NCBI RefSeq assembly: GCF_963921235.1
Contig: NC_086097.1
Span: forward strand, 148,368,001 to 148,432,000
DNA length: 64,000 bases
From: Mobula hypostoma
Taxonomy: Eukaryota
Direction of reading: 5' to 3'
Both the position numbers and the translations under genes were made by a program. Under the pieces are notes generated by a model, which ran no database searches, had not been told where the DNA came from, and saw only the letters and a program-made list of their open reading frames with translations. Below are positions 25,445 through 38,254 of this stretch, in pieces (within the stretch, counting starts at the first letter, position 1; every line of letters starts with the position of its first letter).

Positions 25445-26869
25445 ATCTACCGAATTCAATTAGTCCGAAAGTCTCATCAAGTAACTGGGGCCTTGGTGTC
25501 CAAAAAGCCCTTACATGGAGCCCTCCTTTCCTCGTTAACGGATCATGTGGCTGCAAAGAAACTTACCCATTTACTGAATCCTGCTCATTGCTTTCTATCT
25601 GTCTGCTTCTAATAGCTGCACTGTGACTCAATAGGATTTGTTCCAGTCAAATGTGCTCTGAAGAAGAAAGCCTTGAGGTATGTATCTAAACGTACCAAAG
25701 GGATTGGTGTCAGCAAAGTCATTAACTTTCTTTTGGAGACAGAAGTGTATGTTCATGTTGGAGAGGAGGGGTGTGTATGAGATGGATAAAATTCAGCCAT
25801 TTAACCAGCTTTATATTATCCTGCCAGCACTTCAGGTTAATGTTCTCCCTGAACATCCTATAAGGAGAATGAGGAGAGTTCAGTAGCTTCATCAGCAGCA
25901 GCTAGCCTGTGTCAAATCCTTAATAAGCCATAACAGGATGTAAGCGGCACTATTCCCTTCAATCCATTTTGCTGCATCTCTCAGTCGCTACCTGATCTGA
26001 AAAAGAAATTACAGCTCATGCTTTTACTCTAAGTAATTCCCTGGTACCTTACTCTTTATTCTGGGGAAAGATCTAAATAAAAAAAAAACTTCATCAGCGT
26101 GTTTTATATTTATATGGTACAAAGAAACAAAACTTGTGATGTTATTCTTAATGAGACACTCATAATTATTTTTTAAGTAACATCCTTGATATCCCATCAG
26201 TATTGGAGAAGATTATGTACTCAGATGATTTTTCTTTACTTTGGGAGGAGTAAAGTAGAAGTAAAGTTTTGGTGTGCCATTAAGGGGAAGTTAATGGTGA
26301 ATAGTGGAAGGGTTTTCCTATCTGAAATTATGTATTAGCAATCATTAAATTAGTTTTATATGCAGTTCAAAAAATACTTTTTTATACAGAACAGGAAACC
26401 TGAGGCTTGTCGATGAGCATTTGAAAGAAATGGGGAGGCTAAACTTTACAATAGTAAACTGGTATAAGGCCAGTGTATTTTAGTTCATTTGTATCGTTTT
26501 CTCTTTTACTTTCAGAATTGCTGTACTTACTAATTTTAAAACAGCTTTTATTTATACAGTATATCCAGGTTCTTATTTTCATTTTACACTACCTAATCAA
26601 TTAATTTTTTTTTTATTCTTCCTTGATTCCATTTTTAAATCTTCTTTCAGTCCTCAAAGTTAGTGAATGTCCATTTACACCTTGTTTGTTTTTAACATTT
26701 TTTTAAACATTGCCAAATATCCAGTAAATTAAATGCTTCAGGTTATGAAATAAGCAGCAAATTTTTGTAGTGTACCTTTTACTCTCGACATTGGTCATTG
26801 TTATATTGAGTACTGGCAAATATTGCACTAAGTTCACCATGGAAAAGGACATGGAGGGTTGTGAGTTTT

Positions 26870-27320
26870 GCTGATATTTTAGTGCAATTTGATACCAAGG
26901 AGGAGGAGATGTTTGGGCTCTTAAAGAACAGTAAGGTGGATAAGAACCCAGAGCCTGATAGGATCTACCCAAGCCTTTTAAGGAAGGCAAGAGAGGCAAG
27001 ATTACTGGAGCTTTGTCAGTGAGGATAGATTTCAAAGTATTCAGCAGGTTATGAACATTTGGGCAGAAAATTGATAGAGTTTAATCCAGATTAGTGTGAA
27101 GTGCAGTGCTTTGAGTGTTCAAATATAAGAGGAGAGTATGCAGTAAGTGATATGACCCTTAGGAGCTTTAGTATACAGAGGGATCTTGGGGTGCAAATCC
27201 ATAGCTCCCTAGAAAATGGTAACACCGGTGGGTAGAGTGGTAAAGGAAACATATGGCATACTTACCTTCATTGATCAGGGTGTTGAGTATAAATTAGGAA
27301 AAGTCATGTTGCAGCTGTAA
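26870..27320 (+). mobile_element. CR1 RT fragments
   Basis: KVDKNPEPDRIYP and EFNPD.CEV / DLGVQIHSSL motifs, with a large internal deletion. Confidence 0.75.
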
Positions 27321-28317
27321 AAAAAATTACACGTTACATAATATCAATATAGATATATAAAACTATACCATCCACTAATTACCTATAGATACATACTTTG
27401 AGAGTTACAACTTTATAAACTAAATCAAAATAAATTCTCAACTTCATGCTCCTACAATGTTAAGCTCATTGCCACATGCTGCATTGAACGTCTCTACAGT
27501 TATTGCTTTAATGTAACTATCTCCACAGATTTTAACACACTGTCTAACATGCAGTCTATATAAATGTTAGGAAAAATCTAATAACAAGTAGTAACAACAA
27601 ATATAATTATGCAATATATTTGGCACATTATGAAATATTGGGAACTCAATAGTAACAGTGTCTACATTGATTGCCTTTTAGTGTAGTACCTAACCCTGAG
27701 ATGGATTTCAGTTAGCTTCCAGTCTTTAAATTATGCTTCTCTTTTCCTCTTTGCTGGTTTTTAGCTTTTGTGGTCAGTATTAGCCACTGTTTTCTCCTAT
27801 GAAGCATCTGCCTCTCCACATTAGTGTTCTGCCTCTCCCAAAGACCAGCTGTCTTTCTTTGTGAAACTTTCATTTTCAGCTGATTGTGCTCAAGCTCATT
27901 ATTGAACGAGGACTTCACTTCTTCCAAACCCATCAAGTTTTGTTAATATATCTTGCTGTTTCCAGAATATAAGTTCCATTTGTTGAGATTTTATATTGCA
28001 AATCCTTTTCCTTCATCAGAGAGTTTTATTGTAATGATCAACTGCCTGTCATTTATAGCTGGCTCATTCAAGCCGGAGACTATAAGTCTTGTCCGTAAAG
28101 TATCTGCTTAATTTCACCGAAGCCCACCTGACCATCAGCTGCTCATGTGGGGTTAGTGCCACATGATGGGGGGATGCCAGAAGTATGACTTTTACACAGA
28201 GAGGCGGGTGTATGGAAGGCATTCCAGGGGTGGTGGTAGAGACAGATACTTTAGATTCATTTAAGAGACTTTTAGATAAGCTTATAGATATAAAAATGGT
28301 GCAAACCATTAGATTGA

Positions 28318-29555
28318 ATTGAATTGACTTTACTTCTTACATCCTTCACATACTTGAGGAGTAAAAATGTTTACGTTACGTCACTATCTAAATGTGCAAA
28401 GTGCTTGGGCCGGCTGGTAGCACAACAACATCGGTGCCGGACCCCGGAGTTCAAAACTAGTCGGGTCCGTTCCTGAGTACGCTTTCCATCCGTGCCGGGT
28501 TGAGTGTCGAGATCGCAACTCGACCTCGTAAAATAAAGGGAAAATACTGCGAAAATGCCTGTGTGAGGAGTGGCGTGTCACACGGTCTCTCTCACTTGCT
28601 CCGAGCCTTGTAAAAGCCATGAAAAAGACATCATCACGGACGCACAGACAGACACGCAGACGCACAGACGGACACGCAGGTGCACACGCAGTCGTGCATG
28701 CAGACGCACACACACAGACTACACACAGGCACACACCAAAAAAATGTGCAAAGTGTAATCATAGCAATTTAAAATAATTTATAATAAACAAAACAAAGAA
28801 ATACATTCAAATCAGTGTGAGTTAATCAGTCTGATGGCCTGGTGGAAGAAGCTGTCCTGGAACTTGTTGGTCCTGGCTTTTACGCTGCAGTAACGTTTCC
28901 CGGATGGTAGCAGCTGGAATAGATTGTGGTTGGGGTGACTCAGGTCCCCAGTGATCCTTCGAGCCCTTTTTACACACCTGTCTTTGTAAATGTCCCGAAT
29001 CATGGGAAGTTCACAACTACAGATGCGCTGGGCTGTCTACACCACTCTCTGCAGAGTCCTGTGATTAAGGGAGGTACAGTTCCCATACCAGGCAGTGATG
29101 CAGCCAGTCAGGATACTCTCAATTGTACCCCTGTAGAAATTTCTTAGGATTTAGGGGCCCATACCAAACTTTCTCAACCGCCTGAGGTGAAAGAGGCGAA
29201 GTTGTGCTTTTTCACCACACAGCTGGTGTGTACAGTCCACGTGAGGTCCTCAGTGATGTGGATGCCAAGGAACTTAAAGCTGTTTACCCTCTCGACCCCA
29301 GATCCATTGATGTCAATAGGGGTTAGCCCATCTCCATTCCTCCTGTAATCCACAACCAGCTCCTTTGTTTTGGCGACATTGAGGGAGAGGTTGTTTTCTT
29401 GACACCACTGTGTCAGAGAGATGACTTCTTCCCTGTAGGCCACCTTGTTAATGTTTGAAATTAGGCCAATCAATGTAGTGTCATCAGCAAATGTAATTAG
29501 CAGATTAGAGCCGTGGGTGGCGACACAGTCATGGGTATACAGGGAGTAAAGGAAG
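28318..29555 (-). mobile_element. Rex1/Babar 3' fragment, relatively young
   Basis: (ttgaa)n tail; minus ORFs WCQENNLSLNVAKTKELVVDYRR...FLGIHITEDLTW and HPNHNLFQLLPSGKRY...FFHQAIRLIN. Confidence 0.9.
28404..28741 (+). mobile_element. Young CpG-rich SINE-like retroposon
   Basis: 14-bp TSD aaatgtgcaaagtg (28390-28403 / 28742-28755); A-box-like TGGTAGCACAA and B-box-like GAGTTCAAAAC; CA-rich microsatellite and A tail. Confidence 0.8.
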
Positions 29556-30509
29556 AGATTGATCTTGGAGTATGTTAAAAGGATAGCACAACATCATGGG
29601 TTACAGGGCCTTTACTGTGCTGAATTGATCCATGTTCTATGTTCTATGTTCAGTGCACCATAGAGTGTGATATCTTATTTGAGCTAGCCCATGATCCCTT
29701 GAAAAACAGACTTTCAACCTGAGTGATTGGTCTAGTCCATTTGCATGTTTGCCAGTGCAGGTTCATAACCCATATCAAATAGATGTAATTAGAGTTTCCC
29801 TGCCAACACCTGAAAGTTCATCTCACACATGATTCTGAGAGTGTCTCTTGGATAGTGCTGTCTTGGTCTGTCTCTGGAGAAATAAAGTCAAAATATTCCC
29901 CTCACTAATTGACTCACTGTGGTGTCTATGTATTTATATGGCTGATCCCTCATCAATATGACAGCTTTTCGTGCACTGCCATTTTCACTCTTCTGACGTG
30001 TGCAATACATACCATTGAACACGCTAGTTCATTGCCCCCCTTATTCCAATGTATGCACAAAAGCCTCACTGTGCTGTTTCTGTTGACTTTCCTCATACAT
30101 ATGGACATTTGAGTACTGCCATCACTATCTACTGTTAGCTTCTTTATGGACTTCAGTGAAGCTAGGTATCTCCAATTGCTGGGCTTTTAAATTTTCTACT
30201 AATATTTCTCAATTTTTCCTGCCTTTATTACTCAGGTGACCTGTTAACATCCTGCCAAATCTACTTGTGTTCATACTGAGGAAGGCACGTCATGGCCTTG
30301 CTGTGCTCTGAGTAGAGCTATTTCTCATTCTCCTGTGCCATCTCCTTTCTTGGTGGCAAACCTTCACACTTTTATGAGCTACCTTTATGTGTCCGCGGCA
30401 TAAACCTGCTTCACCTGAATTCTCTCAGCAGCGTATATAGGAATTGGATTAAAATGCCCCTTCAGGGTTTTTACAGAATGGTGCACATGCTCCTCTTTAC
30501 ATGAATGGC

Positions 30510-31060
30510 GCTGTGGTTGAGATCCTAGAAGTGAACCCTAACAATAGTCTGTTCTGGTCCAGCCACATAGATACCGCAGCTAAGAAAACTCAACAGTGCC
30601 TCCTGTTCTTTGGAAGGCTAAAGAAATGTGGCAATCCCCTTTGACCCTACAAATATTTATAGATGCACCATAGAAAGTGTCCTATTCAGATGCATCACAG
30701 CTTGCTCTGTCCATAATGACAAGCAACCACAAAGAGTTATGGACTCAGCTCAGTGAATCATGGAAACCAGCCTTCCTTCCATGGACTCTATACTTCTCAG
30801 TGACTTGGCAAAGCAGCCAGCATTACAAAGACCCACTCACCCTGGACATACTCGCTTTCCCCCCTCCCCTCCTCAGCTGTAGGGCAGAAGACACAAAAGC
30901 CTGAAAGCATGTGGCACCAGGGTCGATGGCAGCTTCTATCCTGCTATTATAAGACTATTGAATGGCTCTGTTATACAGTAAAATGGACTGGTGACCTCGC
31001 AATCTACCTGTTTTAAACTTGCACCTTACTGTCTACCTGCATTGCACTTTCTCCGTAACA
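30510..31060 (+). mobile_element. Rex1/Babar 3' fragment
   Basis: Decayed W..HID..AKK.QQ.L.FL.RL, YRCTIES and DPTHPGH motifs. Confidence 0.75.
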
Positions 31061-32156
31061 GCTCAAGCCCTACTGCCAGCAGTGATCTTTCCTTTCTCTC
31101 CTTATGTACTACTGCTTAGAAAACCTGGTTCCCCTGCTTCAGCATACTTCATTGTCACCTCTGAATATTCTCGTTCCATCCTCTTTACCATGTGCTATGG
31201 TTTTACACTGGACATTGCTAACAACAGAACGTTCTTTATTGAAAGCAGACATTTTCTCATTATCCTGCAGTACCTGAGTCCAATAACGTATCATTATCAT
31301 ACCACATGGTACACTAAGTTCTTAAATGCAGGTTTACATTTACAAATACTACTGTAAAAACAACTTTTCAAAAAACAGCTGCTGGAAATCTAAAGAATGA
31401 AACAAAAACAAAACTGATGCCATAGTTAGCTGATCAGACAGAATCTTTGTAGAAGTCATGGAGTTAAAATTTTAGGTCAATGACCTTCCAGCATACAAAA
31501 TACCTTGGTCAGATTGTACTGTGTTCCGGATTCCTCGAACATTGAATATATTAATTGCTAGTTATTAAAGTAGACAATATACAAATAATCTAACTCAAAA
31601 TCAATCATAGTGATAAGGTATTCTTCAAAATTCACTATCAAGGCCGCAGATCTTTAAAATTGTCTCTGAAACCATACCTATTTCAGCTGAAATTTCATTC
31701 ATCATGCTTTGGATCTATCCAATTTACAGATATATTCAAGTTGCTCAGCATTGTGTCCTAACAAAACGTTATCAGCCTGAAGTGTGAATTCTGCATCTCT
31801 GCAGATGCTGCTTGGAGCGCTGAGTAATTCAGGCAGGTTTTTTTTATTATTATTATGATCTTGTTCATCCTCTGTATCCATTATAACCTGGTATCCAATG
31901 GAAATAGTATCCTATTTCGTCTGCTGATCAATGCTATGTGCAATTTCCGATGGGGTTATATTGATCAGGAAGTTATAGATCTGCTGTTATTTTTTACCGA
32001 TGGTTTGTCTGAGGTAGTGGCAGGTTTCTACAAATGGTTTAAACAACCATGGTCTAGGGGATAAAGGTTACCCATAGTTCCTGTCTGTTCTCTATCTACT
32101 ATGGAAAAGAGTTACTTTTAGATGAAGACTGGCTTGCTAATGGTTAAAGGTCATAC

Positions 32157-33630
32157 AAAACACAAGAAATTCTGCAGATGCTGGATTCCAAAGCAGCGCA
32201 CAAAAAGTGCTTGAGGAACTCAGCAGCATCTACGGAAGTGAATAAACAGTCGAAATTTTGGGCCAAGACCTTTCTTTAGGACTGGAAAGGAAGGGGAACG
32301 ATGCCAAAATAAAAAGGTAGGGGGAGGGGAAGGAGGCTAGATTGAAGGTGATAGATGAAGACAGGCAAATCGGAAAGGTAAAGGGCTGGAGAAGAAGGGA
32401 TCTGATGGGAGAGGAGAATGAGCTATGGGAAAAAGGGAAGAAAGAGGAGATGATGGGCAGGTGAGAAGAGGGAAGAGGGCAGAGAATGGAATAGAAAAAG
32501 AAGGAAGGGAGGGAAAAAGAATTTTACCAGTAGGAGAAATCTATGTTCATGCCATCAGTTTGGCAGCTACCCAAACAGAATACGAGGTGTTGTTCCTCAT
32601 TGTGGCACAAGAGGAGGCCATGGACTGACATGTTGAAATGAGAAGGAGATAGGAGTTAAAATGGTCAACCTCAGGAAATTCCACTTTTGGTGGATGGGGC
32701 AGAGGTGCTCGGCAAAGTGTTTCCCCAGTTTACATCGGGTCGCGCCAGTGTAGAGGAGGCTGCATTGGGAGCACTGGATACAATAGACAAACCCAACAGA
32801 TTCACAGGTGAAGTGTTGCCTCACCTGAAAGGACAGGTTGGGGACCTGAATGGGGTGAGGGAGGAGGTAAATAGGCAGATGTACCACTTTGGCCATTTGC
32901 AGTGTTAAGTTACGGGAGGGACAAATGGACAAAGGAATCACGAAGGAAGCAATCCCTGTGGAAAGCAGAAAATTGAGGGGAGGTAAAGATGTGTTTGGTG
33001 GTAGGATCCCTTTGGAGATGGCAGAGTTGTGGTGAATGATATGTTGGATGTGGAGGCTCATGGGGTGATCGGTTAGGACATAGAGAATTCTATCCTTGCT
33101 AAGGCCACATGAAGATGGGATGAGTGTGAATACCCAGGAAATGGAGGAGATGGGGGTGAGGGCAACATCAATGGTGGAGGAAGTGAAACTTTGTTCTTTG
33201 AAGAAGGAGGACATTTCTGATGTCATCGAAAGGAAAGCCTCATCCTGGGAACAGATGCGGCAAAGACGAAGGAATTGAGAAGCGGGAATAGCATTTTTAC
33301 AGGAAAAAGGATAGGAAGATGTATAGTCAAAATAGCCATGAGAATTGGTAGGTTTATAAAAGATGTTGGTAGACAGTTTTTCTCCAGAGATGTAGACAGA
33401 GAGTCGAGGGGCCAAGTGAATTAAGGGCAGGGTGGAAGATAGAGGCAAATTTGATGAATTTGACGAGCACAGCATGGGTAGGTGAAGCAGCACCAATGCA
33501 GTCATCAACGTAGCAGAGGAATAGTTGGGGAGCATTATCAGGGAAGGCATGAAACATGGATTGTTTTCTGTAGCCAATGAAAAGGCAGCCATAGCTGGGG
33601 CCCATGCGGGTGCCCACAGCTACCCCTTGA
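32157..33630 (-). mobile_element. PLE: RT C-terminal half, GIY-YIG endonuclease and pLTR; frameshifted
   Basis: ORF 33354-33641 QGVAVGTRMGPSY...YVDDCIG; ORF 32597-33592 FYKPTNSHGY...SQFLRLCRICS...VYCIQCSQCSLLYTGAT...FAEH. Confidence 0.95.
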
Positions 33631-35139
33631 GAAAAGGTCACATACAGCTCATTTTGACATACATTCTAGGAGATCAGTTTCTTAAAACTTGCACAGCAAA
33701 ATTCAGCGAGAGAATTTCAGAGAATCAGCATTCACTTACTCAGTATAAAGTAGCAAGCTGAAAATATCAAATGCCTTTGCTGTTGGGTGTTGAGCACAGT
33801 GCAGCTTAATCTTGGCCCAACACTACTGATGCAGGGCATCATAGTATCAAAATAGTATCAATCAAAACTTCGGAGAAGTATTTTTAGGAAGGGATCATTT
33901 CTGCTGGACTACACCACAGGAGAATCTAACACCGCGTGCAAATTAGAATTTAACAAGCATGTACAAAATGTAGTTTTCTCCAACTTTCTGCCTTCATCTT
34001 CCATGAAGATTACTGTCACTTTCTCCTTTGGCTCCTGCAGCACTCCGCTAACTGACTGTGCTTTTTCTGAGTTCAGCAGCTGTTTGACCAAAGACAGCAT
34101 CACATCTGCGCACAGTCTTTGTCCTTTTGCTGCTTGTTCACTCATTGGGCATAGCCATATAATTGTCCTTTCCTCCCGCCAATTTTAATGTTTCCTTTTA
34201 TATTGAATAAACATTGAAAAATTGCTTAAAAAGAAAAGAATCAAAAGTCATGCGTAGACCAGATAGCATCTCTTCATTGTGGAGGCACCTGATTCAAGAT
34301 AATTAGGATTTTGATCTTGATAAAAGGCATATTAATGAGATTTAGCAAATTCTTTCTTCATTAATATTGAACGTAAACACTGATAGAGCAGTATCTTTCT
34401 GTCATTTATTCACTCTTAAGTGTAAATAAGACAAAGGTTCTGCAGGTTTAACACAGGGAATTGTTACCTGGATGATCTTCAGAATACTCCACAATCCTGT
34501 CGTTTCTTTGATTACTATATTTACTCTAGCAGTCTCAAGAGTTCCATTCAACCTTCTGATGGTGCCCAGTAGAATCTGTGCTTCAATGGCAGAACTCTGG
34601 CCTTAAACAAAAATTTACAGATTTATGTCCTTTTATAGAGGCTCTAGCATAAATCTTCAGGCTGACAGTTCTGCGGTATTTCCACATGAGTGTGGCACTG
34701 CCAGACTTATTGTCCTTCAGATGATGCATAAAACCATATATTAACTGGATCTCAAAAACTATCAAAATGTTGACTTATCTGAATATTATCGACATTTGGC
34801 AAAATTCATAAAACATTTAAAATCTTAAAATTTATTCAGGGACTCAAAATAATTTATTAAAATATAAAATGAATATGGCACAACTCCTCAAAACTTTTTA
34901 AAAGGATTTAAATAAACTCAAGTAAAGGAAATAGCAAAAATATCCCAACAATTACCTTAGCCGCCTTGAGGCTGTTCCTATCCATTGAGATGAATAGAGA
35001 GGATCTCACTCCTTCAAGTCCATCCTGGCAGCCGTTGTTTCTACAGTCCTTCTAATTGGAAACTGTGGGAGGTCTCTGCAGCTTCATATGCCATCAGTCC
35101 AGCATCAGATTGTGGCTGAGCAACAGATAGAGGAGATCT

Positions 35140-36065
35140 CTAGGCGTCAGGCCCTGACAGGGCACTGAATACTTGTGCCAACCAAATGGCAACGGTGGTC
35201 AAGGACATCTTCGATCTCTCAGTCATGTAGTTAGAAATCATACCAAAGTTCAAGAAGAGCTGGGTGAGCTGCCTGAATGACTGCCAGCCAGTTGCCCTCA
35301 CGTGATGAAGTGGTTTGAGAGATTTATCATGGCCAGAGTCAACTCCTGTTGAAGCAAGGACCTGGGCCTGCTGCAATTTGCCTATTGTTACAACAGGTCT
35401 ACAGTGGATTCAATCCCACTGGCTCATCCCTCGGCCTTGGGTCAACTGGACAATAGCAGTATCTATGCCAGGCTGCTGTTCATTGATTACAACTTTGACA
35501 AACACCATTGTACCCTCAATACTAGTCAACAAGCTCCAAAACCTGGGCCTCTATATTTTCCTCTGCAACTGGATCTTTGACTCCTTCACAGGGAGACCAC
35601 AATCAGTATGGATTGGAAATACCATCTCATCCTCACTGGGAGACAGTACTGGAGTACCTCAAAGATGTGTGCTTAGCCCACCTCTCTACTTTGTCTACAC
35701 CCATGACAGTGTGGCTAGGCATAGCTCAAATGTCGTCTATAAATTTGCCGATGACACAACTATTGTTGGCAGAATTTCAAATGGTGACGAGACAGCGTAC
35801 AGGAGTGAGATAGATCAGCTGATGTCACAACAATAACCTTGCACCCAACATCAGTTAGAGCAAAGAGTTGATTGTGGACTTCAGGAAGAGGAAGTCAAAG
35901 GAGCACGCACCAGTCCTCATTGGGATATCAGCAGTGGAAAGGGAGACCAATAATAAACATAATTAAAAATGGGTTTTATTATGTAGTGTAATGTACCGCT
36001 GATGCAAAGGAATAAAATTCACAACATATACCACTGATACTAAACCTGATTCTGATTCCAATTCT
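35140..36065 (+). mobile_element. Rex1/Babar RT fragment followed by an inverted tail
   Basis: ORF 35315-35836 [16 protein letters not shown]...[10 protein letters not shown]...[10 protein letters not shown]. Confidence 0.9.
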
Positions 36066-37419
36066 GAAAATAGGAGCAAGAGTATGTCACCCGGCCACTC
36101 AACTCTTCCCTGCCATTCAATATGATCATAGAACCCCTCTTCCATACTAGTAACATAGCAGTGTTTCAGAAATGTATCTACCAGGCAGAAAATGCACGAC
36201 TTATATATTCCTGCATTGTGCGTGAATATACAGAACTTGCTAGCAATTACTGGGAAAACTATCCTCTAAATGCAGAAATGAGAGAGTTCCCTGCAGAGCC
36301 GTGACCTATGCAACCAGAGATATACTCAGTAACAGAAGTATGCTCAAGCTGGGTATCAGGTAAAAAAAAATTATCTAAACTTAGGCACCTAGCAAAGTGA
36401 CATTGATGGATTGATGTAGATGTCAGCACCATTTATACCCCAGCTGCCTTCTCAGGTGGGTATTAAAAAATGGCACCTTATTTATGGCAAGATAGACTGC
36501 TGCCATTTGGGATATTCAAAATGAGAACATGCTGTGTTGCATGGACGACTAAGAGAGAAATAGTAGGACCCCAATTTGCATAAATTTGTCAGGCCCCTTG
36601 CTGGTTTAATGGAGCACTTGCAGGTTAAAATTATTTACTTCAGGAATTACAAGCAATTTAGTGCAAGAGATAAGTAAACATCTCATTTTTAAATGGTTCA
36701 ATATGTCAGCCAATCTGGAGTGATTGTTTTACACGCTGCAGTTAGTTGCTCCTCTCTCTGGGGCAATATTTTGTTCCAGTGCCCTTTGAAGAGTCTCTGT
36801 TAGTATATCACTAGAACATGTAAAATGGGAATCTCATAATTCACCAGATATTCATTATCTTACAGCAGAGTATCTCTAACAAAGTGCTTCAGATGCACTT
36901 ATAGTGACCAATACAAATAATTTAATGAGTAGGAAATCTTTAAAAATGTAATTAATTTGATTATGTATAATACACTCAAGTGCTGAAATGAAATTAGTGG
37001 GAATGTTTTAATTGCATGATGGAGATTAATAGATTGAGAGATAATGCTGGTAAACCAGTTATAAGAAACCATAATTTATGACTTGTTTTGCCATATTGTC
37101 GATTTGGATTTCATTCTGATATGCAGCTGGTAATTGCTTTTTATTTATAAGCAAGCGAACTAAGCAGCATTTGGGGAACTGAGGATGCTAAGCTAAAGGA
37201 ACATTGCTTGAGTGGTCTTTTTACAGAAGGGGAATCCCACTGGCTTGGAAACTTGAAATCAGGAAGCTTAACCATGTACTGCGTACGAATTAATACAAGA
37301 TGTTACTAAAAAAATGATAAAAGATTCAGAAAAAAATTCTTTGCTTAGAACATGATTATAATTGAGGATGTGGAAGCAAGTGGAGTCACTAAGTAGAGTA
37401 TTGTGAATTGCAAAAAGAC

Positions 37420-38200
37420 TAGTGATAAATTGCAGCAGATATAAACAACTTATAAGATGGGCAGAGTTGTGGCAGGTGAGATTTAATGCAAAGACGTGAT
37501 GTGATGCATTTTGGTAAGAAGAAGAAGAAGAGGCAATATAGAATAAACGGCATTGTTTTAAAACAGATGCAGGGACATGGAGCGCACACCACTGAAATAG
37601 TTAATGAGGCATTCACAGTTCTGATCTTTATCAGTGGAGGCATTGAGTATGAAAGTAGAAAATTTATGCTGGAACTTCATAAAGTACTGCTCCAGCTTCT
37701 TCATAGTGATTTGGTTCTGGCCCACCTCTCTATAGAAAGGCAATGGAGAAGTTCCAGAAATAGTTCCTGTGTCAAAGAACTAGATTTACAAGGATAGATT
37801 AGAGTGGTTGAGACTTTTTTATAGAAAAAAACAGATGGAGAGATTAGATAGAAGTACATAAAGTGAAGGAGGTTCTGACAGAGTGAATAGTGGATGATGG
37901 TTCTGTTGGTAGATGTCATAGACTAAACATCATATGTATAAAGAATTAGGAAAGACATGAACAACATCTTTCTTTTGTATCACGTGTTTGGAATCTGGAG
38001 TGCGGTGCCTGTACATGTGGTGGAAGCAGGTTCCAATATGGTTTTCAAGAGAGAATTGGATAGCTACAGGGTGAGAACAAATCTGCAAGGCTACAGAAAA
38101 GGTGCTATGGGATGGAACTAGTGAGTTACCCTGGAAGGGAGCTGGTGCACATGTGATTGGCTGAATGGCCTCTTTCCGTGCTGTAACAATTCAATCATTC
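37420..38200 (+). mobile_element. CR1 3' fragment
   Basis: WQVRFN...VMHFGK, GIEYESRKFMLELHK and 3' UTR gctgaatggcctct...gtgctgta. Confidence 0.8.
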
Positions 38201-38254
38201 TTGCCAGAGAGATGCTGCGTCATTAGAGGTGAAGGGAAAGATATAAGATTATGT

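Larger units (their letters stand above)
28165..29650 (+). mobile_element. CR1 3' end hosting a nested Rex1
   Basis: CR1 3' sequence 28165-28310 resumes at ~29556 and ends in (gttctat)n; agattga on both sides of the insert. Confidence 0.75.

Noticed and set aside
32597..33592. 331-aa ORF as a host or domesticated gene
   Set aside because: It is a frameshifted mosaic of Penelope RT and GIY-YIG; the YVDD motif lies in another frame.
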